NCBI GenBank assembly: GCA_944384105.1
Contig: CALWSC010000041.1
Span: 2,763 to 66,762, forward strand
Length of the DNA: 64,000 nt
Reading direction: 5' to 3'
From: an uncultured Lachnospiraceae bacterium
GTDB lineage: Bacteria; Bacillota; Clostridia; Lachnospirales; Lachnospiraceae
Made by a program: the position numbers and the translations under genes
Part shown: piece after piece, positions 54,635 to 63,648 of the stretch
Layout: every line of letters begins with the position of its first letter
How positions within the stretch are numbered: the first letter of the stretch is position 1
Notes under the pieces: generated by a model
What the model was told of the DNA's origin: nothing
Seen by the model: only the letters and a program-made list of their open reading frames with translations
The model's database searches: none

Positions 54635-56450
54635 AATCTTTCCTCATTTCCAGAGCTCTCGAAAACCTGTCCTGACCATAAGAGCCAAAATGCTCTCCTC
54701 TCATTTCCTTGGAAATTGTCCAGACGCTCCAGAGCATGTCCTGACAAATCTTATAAATCAACAGTTTTTCCTGCTCTGTTTCCTTTGCCTCCCGGGAATA
54801 ATAATACTGCAGAAACAGCTCCTCCTCCACGGGCGTAAATTCACACTCCAGCAGATGCGAAGCCAGATCCCAGACCGGATCGTTATAACCGGAATATTCC
54901 CAGTCAATCAGGTACATTCTTCCCGTCCTGTCCTCGATGAGATTTTCTGCCACAAGATCATTATGGCACGGTTTTTTCTCAACTCCCAGCTCTTTCAGCC
55001 GGTTTTCCAGATTCAAAAACCATTCATCCATCTCCTGAAATCCAGAGTAAAATTCTCCCCCTCGCGCCAGCTCCTTATACTTTTCATACTCGCGAAAAAC
55101 CTGGAATTCTCCGCTCATCTTCATATCTGATGCATGCAGTTTTCTCAGAATTGCCGTTGTCCTGCGGATATTTTCCTCAAGCCGCGCGGTCTTTCCGTTA
55201 AGCGTATTTGCGCCTTCAATATATTCCGAGATTTTTACTCCACTCTGTTCATCGAAGCGGATGGTTTCCGGATTCAATCCCAGTTTCGAGGCTTTTTCGA
55301 GATTATTTCTCTCATTTTTCCGATTGATCATCACATCTGTACAGACGCCGGGAATCCGCAGCACGAAAGTCCCCTGTCTCGTCCGGATGCGGTAATTCGT
55401 ATTCGTCATCCCTCCGGCAATCCGGCAATCCAGGATTTCTTCCGGCTTCATGTCCATGTATGCCCGAAAGACCTCCCTGGCGTTATTCTCTCTGCGCAGC
55501 CGCGCGCGCTTCCTGATTCTGGGATAGATCAGCTTCTCTGCTTTGCGGTATAGTCTGGGATTCTCAATCACACTCCAGGCGAGATCGTCCACCATAACCC
55601 CCTGTATCTGATAAACTCTTCCGATATTTTCAATCACATACTCATAGTTAAGCATCGGGTTCTGGTTCCGCGAGAAATATTCCAGCATCTTCACAAAGAG
55701 CGGATAGCTGATCTTGCTGATTCCGATCATCTCCCCGTCGATCCGGTTCATCTGCCGGATATCCTTGGAGATGCGAAAGAGCGTGCCGTCCTCATTGAGT
55801 TCCACATACGCCTCATCGTGGGAACCGCTCGGGTTCGCGAGCAGAATACAGCTTGCCGCCGGATGCTCCAGCAGCGCGGTGACCGCGGTCTCCTCAAAAA
55901 TCTGATTGCTCTCCACAAGCAGAAAGTCCTCCTGCACCAGCTCCCGCACCGCCGCCAGGGATTCCATCGTCCCGGTCCACTTGTAGCGCGGGTTTTCCAC
56001 AATCGTGACGGCTCTGTTCTTAAAATATGACTCGAACATCTCCTTTTTGTAGCCAGTCACGAGATAAATTCTCTCTATTCCAGCCTGATTCAGGTACTGC
56101 ATGATATACTCGATCACAGCCGTCCCGTCGATCTGCAGAAGCCCCACCGGCTCCTCGAAGCAGGGATTCCCTCCTGCCGCCAGGATCACAGCCGTGTGCA
56201 CGCCTTCCGTCTGCTCTGCCATCGCAAGCTTCTCCACCTGCTTCTTTCTCGTCTCTTCCTCCAGCAGTGCCTCCCCTTTTGGCGTCAGCAGATACTTCCT
56301 CTTCTCGCGCCTCAGATATCCCGCTTCCTCCATCTGCCGCAGAAGCGCATTCACCTGCCCCAGCGACATCTCCGCAGCTTCGGCGAGGACGCGCTGGTTT
56401 CGAAATCCGCTGTTATTCAGTTCATATAAAATTCGGTAAAACTTGTCCAT
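54612..56450 (-). CDS. Tripartite fusion: winged-helix HTH + LicC-like nucleotidyltransferase + LicA-like choline/ethanolamine kinase
   Basis: N-terminus QRVLAEAAEMSLGQVNALLRQMEEAGYL (wHTH). Middle AVILAAGGNPCFEEPVGLLQIDGTAVIEY (NTP-transferase fold). C-terminus HNDLVAENL and IDWEYSGYNDPVWDLA (choline-kinase Brenner and ChoK motifs). Confidence 0.75.
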   Translation of the reverse strand: MDKFYRILYELNNSGFRNQRVLAEAAEMSLGQVNALLRQMEEAGYLRREKRKYLLTPKGEALLEEETRKKQVEKLAMAEQTEGVHTAVILAAGGNPCFEEPVGLLQIDGTAVIEYIMQYLNQAGIERIYLVTGYKKEMFESYFKNRAVTIVENPRYKWTGTMESLAAVRELVQEDFLLVESNQIFEETAVTALLEHPAASCILLANPSGSHDEAYVELNEDGTLFRISKDIRQMNRIDGEMIGISKISYPLFVKMLEYFSRNQNPMLNYEYVIENIGRVYQIQGVMVDDLAWSVIENPRLYRKAEKLIYPRIRKRARLRRENNAREVFRAYMDMKPEEILDCRIAGGMTNTNYRIRTRQGTFVLRIPGVCTDVMINRKNERNNLEKASKLGLNPETIRFDEQSGVKISEYIEGANTLNGKTARLEENIRRTTAILRKLHASDMKMSGEFQVFREYEKYKELARGGEFYSGFQEMDEWFLNLENRLKELGVEKKPCHNDLVAENLIEDRTGRMYLIDWEYSGYNDPVWDLASHLLECEFTPVEEELFLQYYYSREAKETEQEKLLIYKICQDMLWSVWTISKEMRGEHFGSYGQDRFSRALEMRKDYERKYGK

Positions 56451-56468
56451 CTCGGTGATACCTTTCTT

Positions 56469-56485
56469 TGTTCATTTTTTGAACA
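56469..56485. promoter_or_regulatory. Inverted repeat TGTTCA-n5-TGAACA in the leader of the wHTH-LicC-LicA gene
   Basis: Perfect 6-bp arms, 19-35 nt upstream of the ATG at 56450. Confidence 0.3.
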
Positions 56486-56535
56486 TTTTCCATTTTACAC
56501 TTCTCACCGGAGATTGTCAAGACCCTGTGTTTGGG

Positions 56536-56569
56536 TTAAAAAAACCCGGACTGGCGAACCAATCCGGGC
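56536..56569 (-). terminator. Rho-independent terminator of the Fic operon
   Basis: On the minus strand: CCCGGAttggttcgccagTCCGGG followed by TTTTTTTAA. Confidence 0.75.
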
Positions 56570-56579
56570 AGATAGATTT

Positions 56580-57392
56580 TTATAAAATATAATCAGTGAT
56601 ACAATCATACCAATGAACATAAGTTTCTCCATTTACAGTAATGCGCTCATTGTCTGGAAGCTTTTCGCTCCATCTCTGCTTGTAATAGTCATACGCCCAA
56701 TCATCACGGTTGAAACGGCGCCAAAGAATCGTACGTCCGTTTTGGTCAAGGTATTGCTCGCTGGCCACACCTGGGTTATAGGTTTCGATATCCATTACGC
56801 AAACGGTATCATATTCTTTTCCAGCAATCGTCACTTGGAAACGCCCTGCAATGTCAAGCAAAAACGGCTTATCTGCGGTTGTAATTGTGCTTCCCCTGCG
56901 TATAATATCGCCTTTGGAAGAAATGTGCGTTTCGTTTCCGCAATTATTCTCTCCAAAGCCCCAGTTTCCGAGAAAGCTGTCACCATCAAGAAAGGTATAA
57001 AGATGTCTCACCCCGTCTTTCATATGACTTTCTGCAAGATAGCGGCAATGCGTATCAGTCAGCTGTGCCACAAATGTTCTTGATACATTCTTTTGATTGC
57101 CTTCAGAATTACATTTCATCGGATTGCTCGTTTTCACTGTAATTTCAACGCCCTCAATCCCGTGAACCTCTGCTTTGCCGATGACTTCCATTTCATCCGA
57201 TTCTGCAAGCTTTCTTTCAGGCATACTGTATAATCCCCATGAAAGTTTTTCTCCGAGCTTTGGCACGAGAAACCAGCCCATGAGTTCTTCCCATATAACA
57301 GAAAACGGTTGTTTTTCTGATTTTGTAATTGTATATTTGGGCATGATGCCAGGTAACTTTTTCATCGTCGCCTTTTTATAGAGCAGTTCCAT
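56580..57392 (-). CDS. Hypothetical cytoplasmic protein (270 aa), no recognisable family
   Basis: Trimmed to MELLYKKATMKK (GGAGGGAG RBS). 17-nt overlap with the Fic 3' end. Trp/Tyr-rich, with no TM segment or signal peptide. Confidence 0.55.
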   Translation of the reverse strand: MELLYKKATMKKLPGIMPKYTITKSEKQPFSVIWEELMGWFLVPKLGEKLSWGLYSMPERKLAESDEMEVIGKAEVHGIEGVEITVKTSNPMKCNSEGNQKNVSRTFVAQLTDTHCRYLAESHMKDGVRHLYTFLDGDSFLGNWGFGENNCGNETHISSKGDIIRRGSTITTADKPFLLDIAGRFQVTIAGKEYDTVCVMDIETYNPGVASEQYLDQNGRTILWRRFNRDDWAYDYYKQRWSEKLPDNERITVNGETYVHWYDCITDYIL

Positions 57393-58509
57393 TTTCTCCC
57401 TCCGTAAACCTGTATTTCCCTTTTCCGTGACCGGATATGGGTTCAAGGATTTCTGCCTGTACCAATTTTGCAATCAGCTTGGATGCACTTGAATTCTTGA
57501 TCTTGAGAAGTTCAGCCGCCGCGCTCCTCCCAAATATACTGTCAAATCCAAACTCTTCAAACATCCTGCGGATATGATCGATTGTCTTACTGGAAAATCC
57601 CTTCAATTTATCTGCAAATACATTTTCAATGTCTACTTTTTGCTTTCCAATATCTACTTTTTGGTCTCCAATGTCTACTTTTTCAGTTCCCAGGAGCTCG
57701 CTGATATGCATATTTCGATTTTTCAGTTCATTTTTCTCATCAAGAAGCAGATTTCTCAAAAACACTTCCAGGTATTCTGTAGTTTCATAGATACCTTTTT
57801 GCAGATTCGTATAGTTCGCACGAACAAGCGCATTTCTGAAATACCACGCATGATCGGCAAAAATATCGTTCGTTGCTGAAAATCCAAGCGTTCTCAGATA
57901 CTTGATGAAAAACACCGCAGTCGTTCTCGTGTTTCCCTCTCCGAAAATATGGATTTGCCACAATCTCGAAACAAATACCGCAAGATGATGGATAATCTCA
58001 TCCATCGAAAGCCCCTTATAGCTAAAGTTCTTCTCCTCTGAAAAATCATATTCCAGGGTAGCCCTTAGCTCAGAAGCGCTTCCGTAGATAACAGTTGCTC
58101 CGTCGAGGATCCACTCCTTCTTTGTAATATTATAATCTCTCATTTTTCCGGCATGGCTGTATATCCCCTGAAACAGCCTGCGGTGGATAGAGATATATTC
58201 ATTCGGCGAAAATGAAAACGCCGTTTCCGACAGTATTTCCGCAATTCGTGCCGATACCTTATCTGCTTCTTCCGTACGATCACCGTCTGAAGTCACCGGT
58301 TTTTCCTCATAGTAGCTGTCAATGAGATTCTGAGCTTCTTTTAATGTAATGTTCCCCTCAATATTTTGAATAGCTGTATCAATCAAATACCTGGAGGGTT
58401 TCAGACCATCTACCGCCTGCAGTCCGATTGCTGTGCTCCAGGCATAGCCTTTGCTGACTTTATCCGGCTCAGACTCTCTCAGATATTCTTTAAAGGGGTC
58501 TTTGTTCAT
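57376..58509 (-). CDS. Fic-domain protein with N-terminal VbhA-like segment and C-terminal winged-helix domain
   Basis: Fic motif variant HIFGEGNTRTTAV. N-terminal YAWSTAIGLQAVDGLKPS...NIEGNITLKEA. C-terminal AAELLKIKNSSASKLIAKLVQAEILEP. Confidence 0.85.
   Translation of the reverse strand: MNKDPFKEYLRESEPDKVSKGYAWSTAIGLQAVDGLKPSRYLIDTAIQNIEGNITLKEAQNLIDSYYEEKPVTSDGDRTEEADKVSARIAEILSETAFSFSPNEYISIHRRLFQGIYSHAGKMRDYNITKKEWILDGATVIYGSASELRATLEYDFSEEKNFSYKGLSMDEIIHHLAVFVSRLWQIHIFGEGNTRTTAVFFIKYLRTLGFSATNDIFADHAWYFRNALVRANYTNLQKGIYETTEYLEVFLRNLLLDEKNELKNRNMHISELLGTEKVDIGDQKVDIGKQKVDIENVFADKLKGFSSKTIDHIRRMFEEFGFDSIFGRSAAAELLKIKNSSASKLIAKLVQAEILEPISGHGKGKYRFTEGENGTAL
57627..57689 (-). repeat. 3 x 21-bp imperfect tandem repeat inside the Fic gene
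   Basis: CAATGTCTACTTTTTGCTTTC / CAATATCTACTTTTTGGTCTC / CAATGTCTACTTTTTCAGTTC, encoding (E/Q)KVDI(G/E) x3 in the linker. Confidence 0.85.
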
Positions 58510-58649
58510 ATCACTACCTCATCTCTCTCTATAATAATATCCAAAACCATTTCGCAAAAGCGCCGGACACGCTTCTCCTTTCAGAGTACATGCCCGGCGC
58601 CAGCCTACCATTCATTACAGGTCATCGATGGCCAAACGGCCTTTTTCTG

Positions 58650-59216
58650 TCAGCGGATAAAGTTCGTCTTGATCTTCTCCTCTGTCCCCGGAGCAGCTAC
58701 GCCTGAGTTTCTGCCCGCCTCCAGGCATTTCAGCAGCCATGCCATGTTCCTGCCAAGCACGCGCATGATCTGTAAGCCCTCCTCGTCGCGGCGAACCTCG
58801 TCAGGCGTATTGCCGTGTACCATGTTCCAGTAGTTGGAGGATACGACCGGCATCTGATGGAAAGTGAAATACTTCATCAGCACGTCGAGCGTCGCTGTTG
58901 TTCCCGCGCGTCTTGCGGATGCGACTGCTGCGGCCGGCTTTAATACCATATATTTTCCTGCCAGAGAGCTGAACTTATCCATGAACTCGATAATCTGTCC
59001 TGACGGGGACGCCCAGTACACCGGAGATCCCACGATCAGCGCGTCGCACTCCTTCATCAGCTCAGCGGCAGCCTTCACATTCTCCGTCTCCGGATTGCCT
59101 GCCTGGAAGATTACGCTCTCCACGCCTTCCTTCTTCAGAGCATCTGCAACCTCACACAGAGCGGTATAGGTGCAGCCTTCTTTTCTCGGGCTTCCATTTA
59201 ATAATAAGACCTTCAT
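58650..59216 (-). CDS. Flavodoxin-like fold NAD(P)H-dependent FMN reductase family protein
   Basis: MKVLLLNGSPRKEGCTYTAL N-terminus and 188-aa length are typical of this family. Confidence 0.75.
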   Translation of the reverse strand: MKVLLLNGSPRKEGCTYTALCEVADALKKEGVESVIFQAGNPETENVKAAAELMKECDALIVGSPVYWASPSGQIIEFMDKFSSLAGKYMVLKPAAAVASARRAGTTATLDVLMKYFTFHQMPVVSSNYWNMVHGNTPDEVRRDEEGLQIMRVLGRNMAWLLKCLEAGRNSGVAAPGTEEKIKTNFIR

Positions 59217-59336
59217 ATTTTCTCATCCTTTCTGAAAATCTGTGCCGCGGCACATTGTTGCTCATCTATAGATTATACCGCGGCGTCCGGATTTTTTCCA
59301 TATTTTTTCTCCATAGGGCCGTATCCTCCCGATCAG

Positions 59337-59371
59337 TCAGAAAAGGCGCAGCCAACTCTGCGGCTGCGCCT
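59337..59371 (-). terminator. Rho-independent terminator of purL
   Basis: AGGCGCAGCC-n8-GGCTGCGCCT (10-bp perfect stem) followed on the minus strand by TTTTCTGA. Confidence 0.75.
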
Positions 59372-59387
59372 CCCATTCTTTCAGTAA

Positions 59388-62300
59388 TTATTTGAAATAT
59401 GCCACACCGGACTCGAAGATCTTCAGATCCTGCTCGCCGTAAATATTGACTGCCACGCCGTCGCCGCGTCTCTCGGAGTGTGCCATCTTTCCAAGCACGC
59501 GTCCGTCCGGGCTGGTAATACCCTCGATCGCAGCATAGGAACCGTTTACGTTCCACTCCTCGTCCATGGAAACATTGCCGTCCAGATCGCAGTACTGAGT
59601 CGCTACCTGTCCGTTTGCGAAGAGCTTCTGCAGCCACTCGTCGTTTGCCACGAAACGTCCCTCACCGTGGGATGCCGGGTTGCAGTAAACGCCGCCGAGC
59701 TGTGCATTTGCCAGCCACAGGGACTTGTTCGTCACAACCTTTGTATATACCATCTTGGAGATGTGGCGTCCGATGGTGTTGTATGTCAGTGTCGGAGAAT
59801 CCGCCTGCTGTCCGACGATCTCGCCGTACGGCACAAGTCCGAGCTTGATCAGCGCCTGGAAGCCGTTGCAGATACCGAGCGCCAGACCGTCTCTCTCATT
59901 TAACAGCTTCATAACGGCTTCTTTGATCTTCGCGTTCTGGAACGCCGTCGCGAAGAACTTCGCGGAGCCGTCCGGCTCGTCGCCTGCGGAGAATCCGCCC
60001 GGGAACATGATGATCTGTGCCTGATCGATCGCTTTCTCAAAAATATTTACAGAATCACGGATATCCTCTGCGGTCAGGTTCTTAAATACTCTCGTGATCA
60101 CGTTCGCGCCTGCGCGCTCAAATGCCTTCGTACTGTCATACTCGCAGTTCGTGCCCGGGAATACCGGAATAAATACAGTCGGGCGCGCTACTTTGTGCTT
60201 GCATACGTATACGCTGTCCGCCTTATACAGCGGGCTTTCAACCTCTTCTTTTCCGTCTGCCGCGCGGGTCGCGAATACCTTCTCCAGCGTGCCGGTCCAT
60301 GCCTGCAGCGCCTCATCCATTGTGATCTGGGTATCCGCATACTCGAATACGCCCTTATCGGTCACCTCACCGATCACCGTGTACTCGCATGCGAGCTCTC
60401 CGACCTTGCCGTCTCTGACCTCGCAGACCAGATCGCCGAATGCCGGACGGAAGAAGTCGCGCTTGTCGAGGTTGTGCTTGATCTTCACGCCGAGCTTATT
60501 TCCGAACGCCATCTTGGAAACCGCTGCCGCGATTCCGTGACGGTCAAGCGCGTAAGCGGAAATAATTCTGCCGTTCTGGATATCCTCATGTACGCGGCTG
60601 TACAGATCCATCAGCTTCTCATACTCCGGCAGGTCGTAAGCGTCCTTCGGCATGCGGATCCATACCAGTTTGCTGCCCGGAACCTTGAACTCCGGTGTGA
60701 TTACGTCCTTCTGTTTTGCTACATCCACTGCAAAGGAAACGAGTGTCGGCGGTACATCAATGTCATTGAATGTACCGGACATACTGTCCTTTCCTCCGAT
60801 GGACGGCAGTCCGAATCCGAGCTGTGCGTCGTATGCGCCCAGAAGAGCTGCAAACGGCTGGCTCCAGCGCTTCGGATCCTCGGTCATTCTGCGGAAGTAC
60901 TCCTGGAAGGTGAAACGGATCTTCGAGAAATCTCCGCCTGCTGCGACAATGCGCGCCACGGACTCAGTCACTGCGTAAACCGCTCCGTGATACGGGCTCC
61001 AGCTGGACACATACGGATCAAATCCATAGCTCATCATGGTCACGGTCTCGGTCTTTCCGTTCTGCACCGGAACCTTTGCCACCATGGACTGTGTCTCTGT
61101 CAGCTGATATTTTCCGCCGTACGGCATGAATACGGAACCCGCTCCGATGGAGCCGTCGAACATCTCCACAAGTCCCTTCTGGGAGCAGGTGTTCAGATCT
61201 GCCAGCGTGTTCAGCCACTTCTCCTTCACATCGCCGACTTCCTCTCTCGTCAGCACCGTATCGGCTCTGTTCGGGATCTCAACAAATACTTCTGTCTCCT
61301 GATGCGCTCCGTTGGTGTCCAGGAACGCTCTGGAAATATTTACAATCTCTTTTCCTCTCCAGTTCAGAACGAGTCTCGGCTCCTCAGTCACGACTGCGAC
61401 CTCCACAGCCTCCAGATTCTCCTCGTTCGCGTATTTTAAGAACTGTGCGACATCCTTCGGGTCCACAACAACAGCCATACGCTCCTGGGACTCGGAAATC
61501 GCGATCTCCGTGCCGTCCAGACCGGCGTATTTCTTCGGAACCTTGTCCAGATTGATTCTCAGACCGGGCGCCAGCTCTCCGATCGCAACGGAAACGCCGC
61601 CCGCGCCGAAGTCGTTGCACTTCTTGATTAATTTACTTACTTCTTCCCTGCGGAACATTCTCTGGATCTTACGCTCTGTCGGAGCATTTCCCTTCTGAAC
61701 CTCCGCGCCGCAGACCTCAATGGAAGCCTCTGTGTGCACCTTGGAAGAACCGGTCGCTCCGCCGATTCCGTCGCGTCCGGTACGTCCGCCCAGCAGAATG
61801 ATGATATCGCCCGGACCGGAAGTCTCACGGATAACCGCGCGTCTCGGAGCTGCGCCCATAACCGCGCCGATTTCCATTCTCTTAGCCACATAATTCGGGT
61901 GATAAATTTCCTTTACATATCCTGTCGCCAGACCGATCTGGTTTCCGTAGGAGCTGTAGCCATGCGCCGCGCCGCGCACCAGCTTCTTCTGCGGCAGCTT
62001 GCCCTTCATCGTCTCCTTCACGGATACGGTCGGGTCTGCGGCTCCTGTCACGCGCATTGCCTGGTATACGTAGGTACGTCCTGAAAGCGGGTCGCGGATT
62101 GCTCCTCCCAGACAGGTAGCGGCGCCTCCGAACGGCTCGATCTCAGTCGGATGGTTGTGCGTCTCATTCTTGAAGTTGATGAGCCACTCTTCCTCCACGC
62201 CGTCCACGTCAACCGGAACCACGATGGAGCATGCGTTGATCTCCTCGGACTCCTCCTGATCCTGCAGCTTGCCCTCAGCTTTGAGCTTGCGCATTGCCAT

Positions 62301-63140
62301 CAGAGCAAGATCCATCAGGCAGACGAACTTGTCGTCTCTTCCCTTGAAGATGACCTCACGGTCGGCAAGGTATCTCTCGTATGTTTTCTCAATCGGCTCT
62401 CTGTAGTCGCCCTCGCCGAACGTCACGTTTTTCAGCTCTGTGGAAAAGGTGGTGTGGCGGCAGTGATCTGACCAGTATGTGTCCAGCACGCGGATCTCTG
62501 TCATGGACGGATCGCGATGCTCCTCATTTCTGAAATAATTCTGAATGTGCAGGAAATCCTTGAATGTCATCGCAAGTCCCAGAGAATCGTAGAGCGCTTT
62601 CAGCTCATCCTCCGGCATTCCGGCAAATCCGTCAAAAATCTTCACATCCTCCGGCTCCTCAAACTCCGTCACCAGTGTCTCCGGCTTCTGAAGACCTGTC
62701 TCACGGGAATCCACCGGGTTGATGCAGTGCGCCTTGATCGCAGCGAACTCCTCATCCGTGATGTCTCCCTCGATCACATAGGTAGTCGCGGACTTGATGA
62801 TCGGCTGCTCGTCCTCCTTTAAGAACTGCACGCACTGTACCGCGGAATCTGCTCTCTGGTCAAACTGACCCGGGAGATACTCCACGGAAAAAACGCGCGC
62901 GCCCTCCGCCATCGGGAAGGACTCCTCATATAACGTATCCACCGGCGGCTCGGAGAATACGCAATGGCATGCCTTTTCAAATGTATCATCACTTATATTC
63001 TCAACATCATAACGAATCAGAACCCGCACGCCGGTCACGCTCTTGATGTTCAAATAGCTGCTGATCTCGTGCTTTAATTCCTTTGCCTGTACTGCAAAAT
63101 CCGCTTTTTTCTCTACATAAACGCGTCTAACTTTGCTCAT
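59388..63140 (-). CDS. purL: Phosphoribosylformylglycinamidine (FGAM) synthase, single-chain large form
   Basis: 1250-aa ORF with an N-terminal PurS-like region, an AIR-synthase-like duplication, and a C-terminal glutaminase (LGICNGFQAL catalytic Cys motif). Confidence 0.95.
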   Translation of the reverse strand: MSKVRRVYVEKKADFAVQAKELKHEISSYLNIKSVTGVRVLIRYDVENISDDTFEKACHCVFSEPPVDTLYEESFPMAEGARVFSVEYLPGQFDQRADSAVQCVQFLKEDEQPIIKSATTYVIEGDITDEEFAAIKAHCINPVDSRETGLQKPETLVTEFEEPEDVKIFDGFAGMPEDELKALYDSLGLAMTFKDFLHIQNYFRNEEHRDPSMTEIRVLDTYWSDHCRHTTFSTELKNVTFGEGDYREPIEKTYERYLADREVIFKGRDDKFVCLMDLALMAMRKLKAEGKLQDQEESEEINACSIVVPVDVDGVEEEWLINFKNETHNHPTEIEPFGGAATCLGGAIRDPLSGRTYVYQAMRVTGAADPTVSVKETMKGKLPQKKLVRGAAHGYSSYGNQIGLATGYVKEIYHPNYVAKRMEIGAVMGAAPRRAVIRETSGPGDIIILLGGRTGRDGIGGATGSSKVHTEASIEVCGAEVQKGNAPTERKIQRMFRREEVSKLIKKCNDFGAGGVSVAIGELAPGLRINLDKVPKKYAGLDGTEIAISESQERMAVVVDPKDVAQFLKYANEENLEAVEVAVVTEEPRLVLNWRGKEIVNISRAFLDTNGAHQETEVFVEIPNRADTVLTREEVGDVKEKWLNTLADLNTCSQKGLVEMFDGSIGAGSVFMPYGGKYQLTETQSMVAKVPVQNGKTETVTMMSYGFDPYVSSWSPYHGAVYAVTESVARIVAAGGDFSKIRFTFQEYFRRMTEDPKRWSQPFAALLGAYDAQLGFGLPSIGGKDSMSGTFNDIDVPPTLVSFAVDVAKQKDVITPEFKVPGSKLVWIRMPKDAYDLPEYEKLMDLYSRVHEDIQNGRIISAYALDRHGIAAAVSKMAFGNKLGVKIKHNLDKRDFFRPAFGDLVCEVRDGKVGELACEYTVIGEVTDKGVFEYADTQITMDEALQAWTGTLEKVFATRAADGKEEVESPLYKADSVYVCKHKVARPTVFIPVFPGTNCEYDSTKAFERAGANVITRVFKNLTAEDIRDSVNIFEKAIDQAQIIMFPGGFSAGDEPDGSAKFFATAFQNAKIKEAVMKLLNERDGLALGICNGFQALIKLGLVPYGEIVGQQADSPTLTYNTIGRHISKMVYTKVVTNKSLWLANAQLGGVYCNPASHGEGRFVANDEWLQKLFANGQVATQYCDLDGNVSMDEEWNVNGSYAAIEGITSPDGRVLGKMAHSERRGDGVAVNIYGEQDLKIFESGVAYFK

Positions 63141-63259
63141 TTCTGTACCTGTCCTTTCGTAGTGTAGGGTATTTCCTGTAAATTACCTTATCATAGAAAG
63201 AATACCATACTTTTGTTTATAAGTAAAATTAATGTGTCTTATCTTATTTATTAGCACAG

Positions 63260-63606
63260 CTAAATACTTTCCCACGTCCGTCTTGCCGCATCCCGCCATT
63301 TTCCCGGCGATATCCCGTATTCTTTTTTTAACGCCTTATAAAATGCGAATACTCCTTAAACCCGTACTGAGTACACGCCTCGCACGCCTTTCTCCCGCTT
63401 CTGAGCGCTTCCTGCACCGCTGCAAGGCGTTTTTTCAGAATATACGGATGAATCGAAATACCGAAATTTTCTTTAAACGTATGTGCGATATAATACTTAC
63501 TCACAAAGAACTTTGCTGCGAGCGTTTCAAGAGACACTTCCTCATCTAAGTGGCTCTCAATATATCCCGCAAACACGCCGCAAAGACCTGCCCTCATCTT
63601 CTCCAT
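63260..63606 (-). pseudogene. Stand-alone AraC-type HTH fragment with a 3' frameshift
   Basis: The 92-aa ORF ...LETLAAKFFVSKYYIAHTFKENFGISI...GFKEYSHF stops at 63328. Shifted by one base, the next frame reads FYKALKKEYGISPGKWR...*, the expected end of the second AraC helix-turn-helix. No N-terminal ligand domain fits, since only 42 nt separate it from the serpin stop. Confidence 0.5.
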
Positions 63607-63648
63607 GAGGGCAGGTGGCTTTCTGACTGTCTTTTCTGATGCTCTCTC

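Noticed and set aside
63141-63260. Possible purine or ZTP riboswitch in the purL leader.
   Set aside because: I read the minus-strand leader for the purine-riboswitch junction cores (UAUAAU..AUAUGG..GUUUCUACC..CCGUAAA) and for the ZTP/pfl GGGUCGUGACUGGCG / CCGCCUGGGCA cores. I found only a simple AU-rich hairpin, with no three-way junction or conserved core. A covariance-model search would be needed to exclude one fully.
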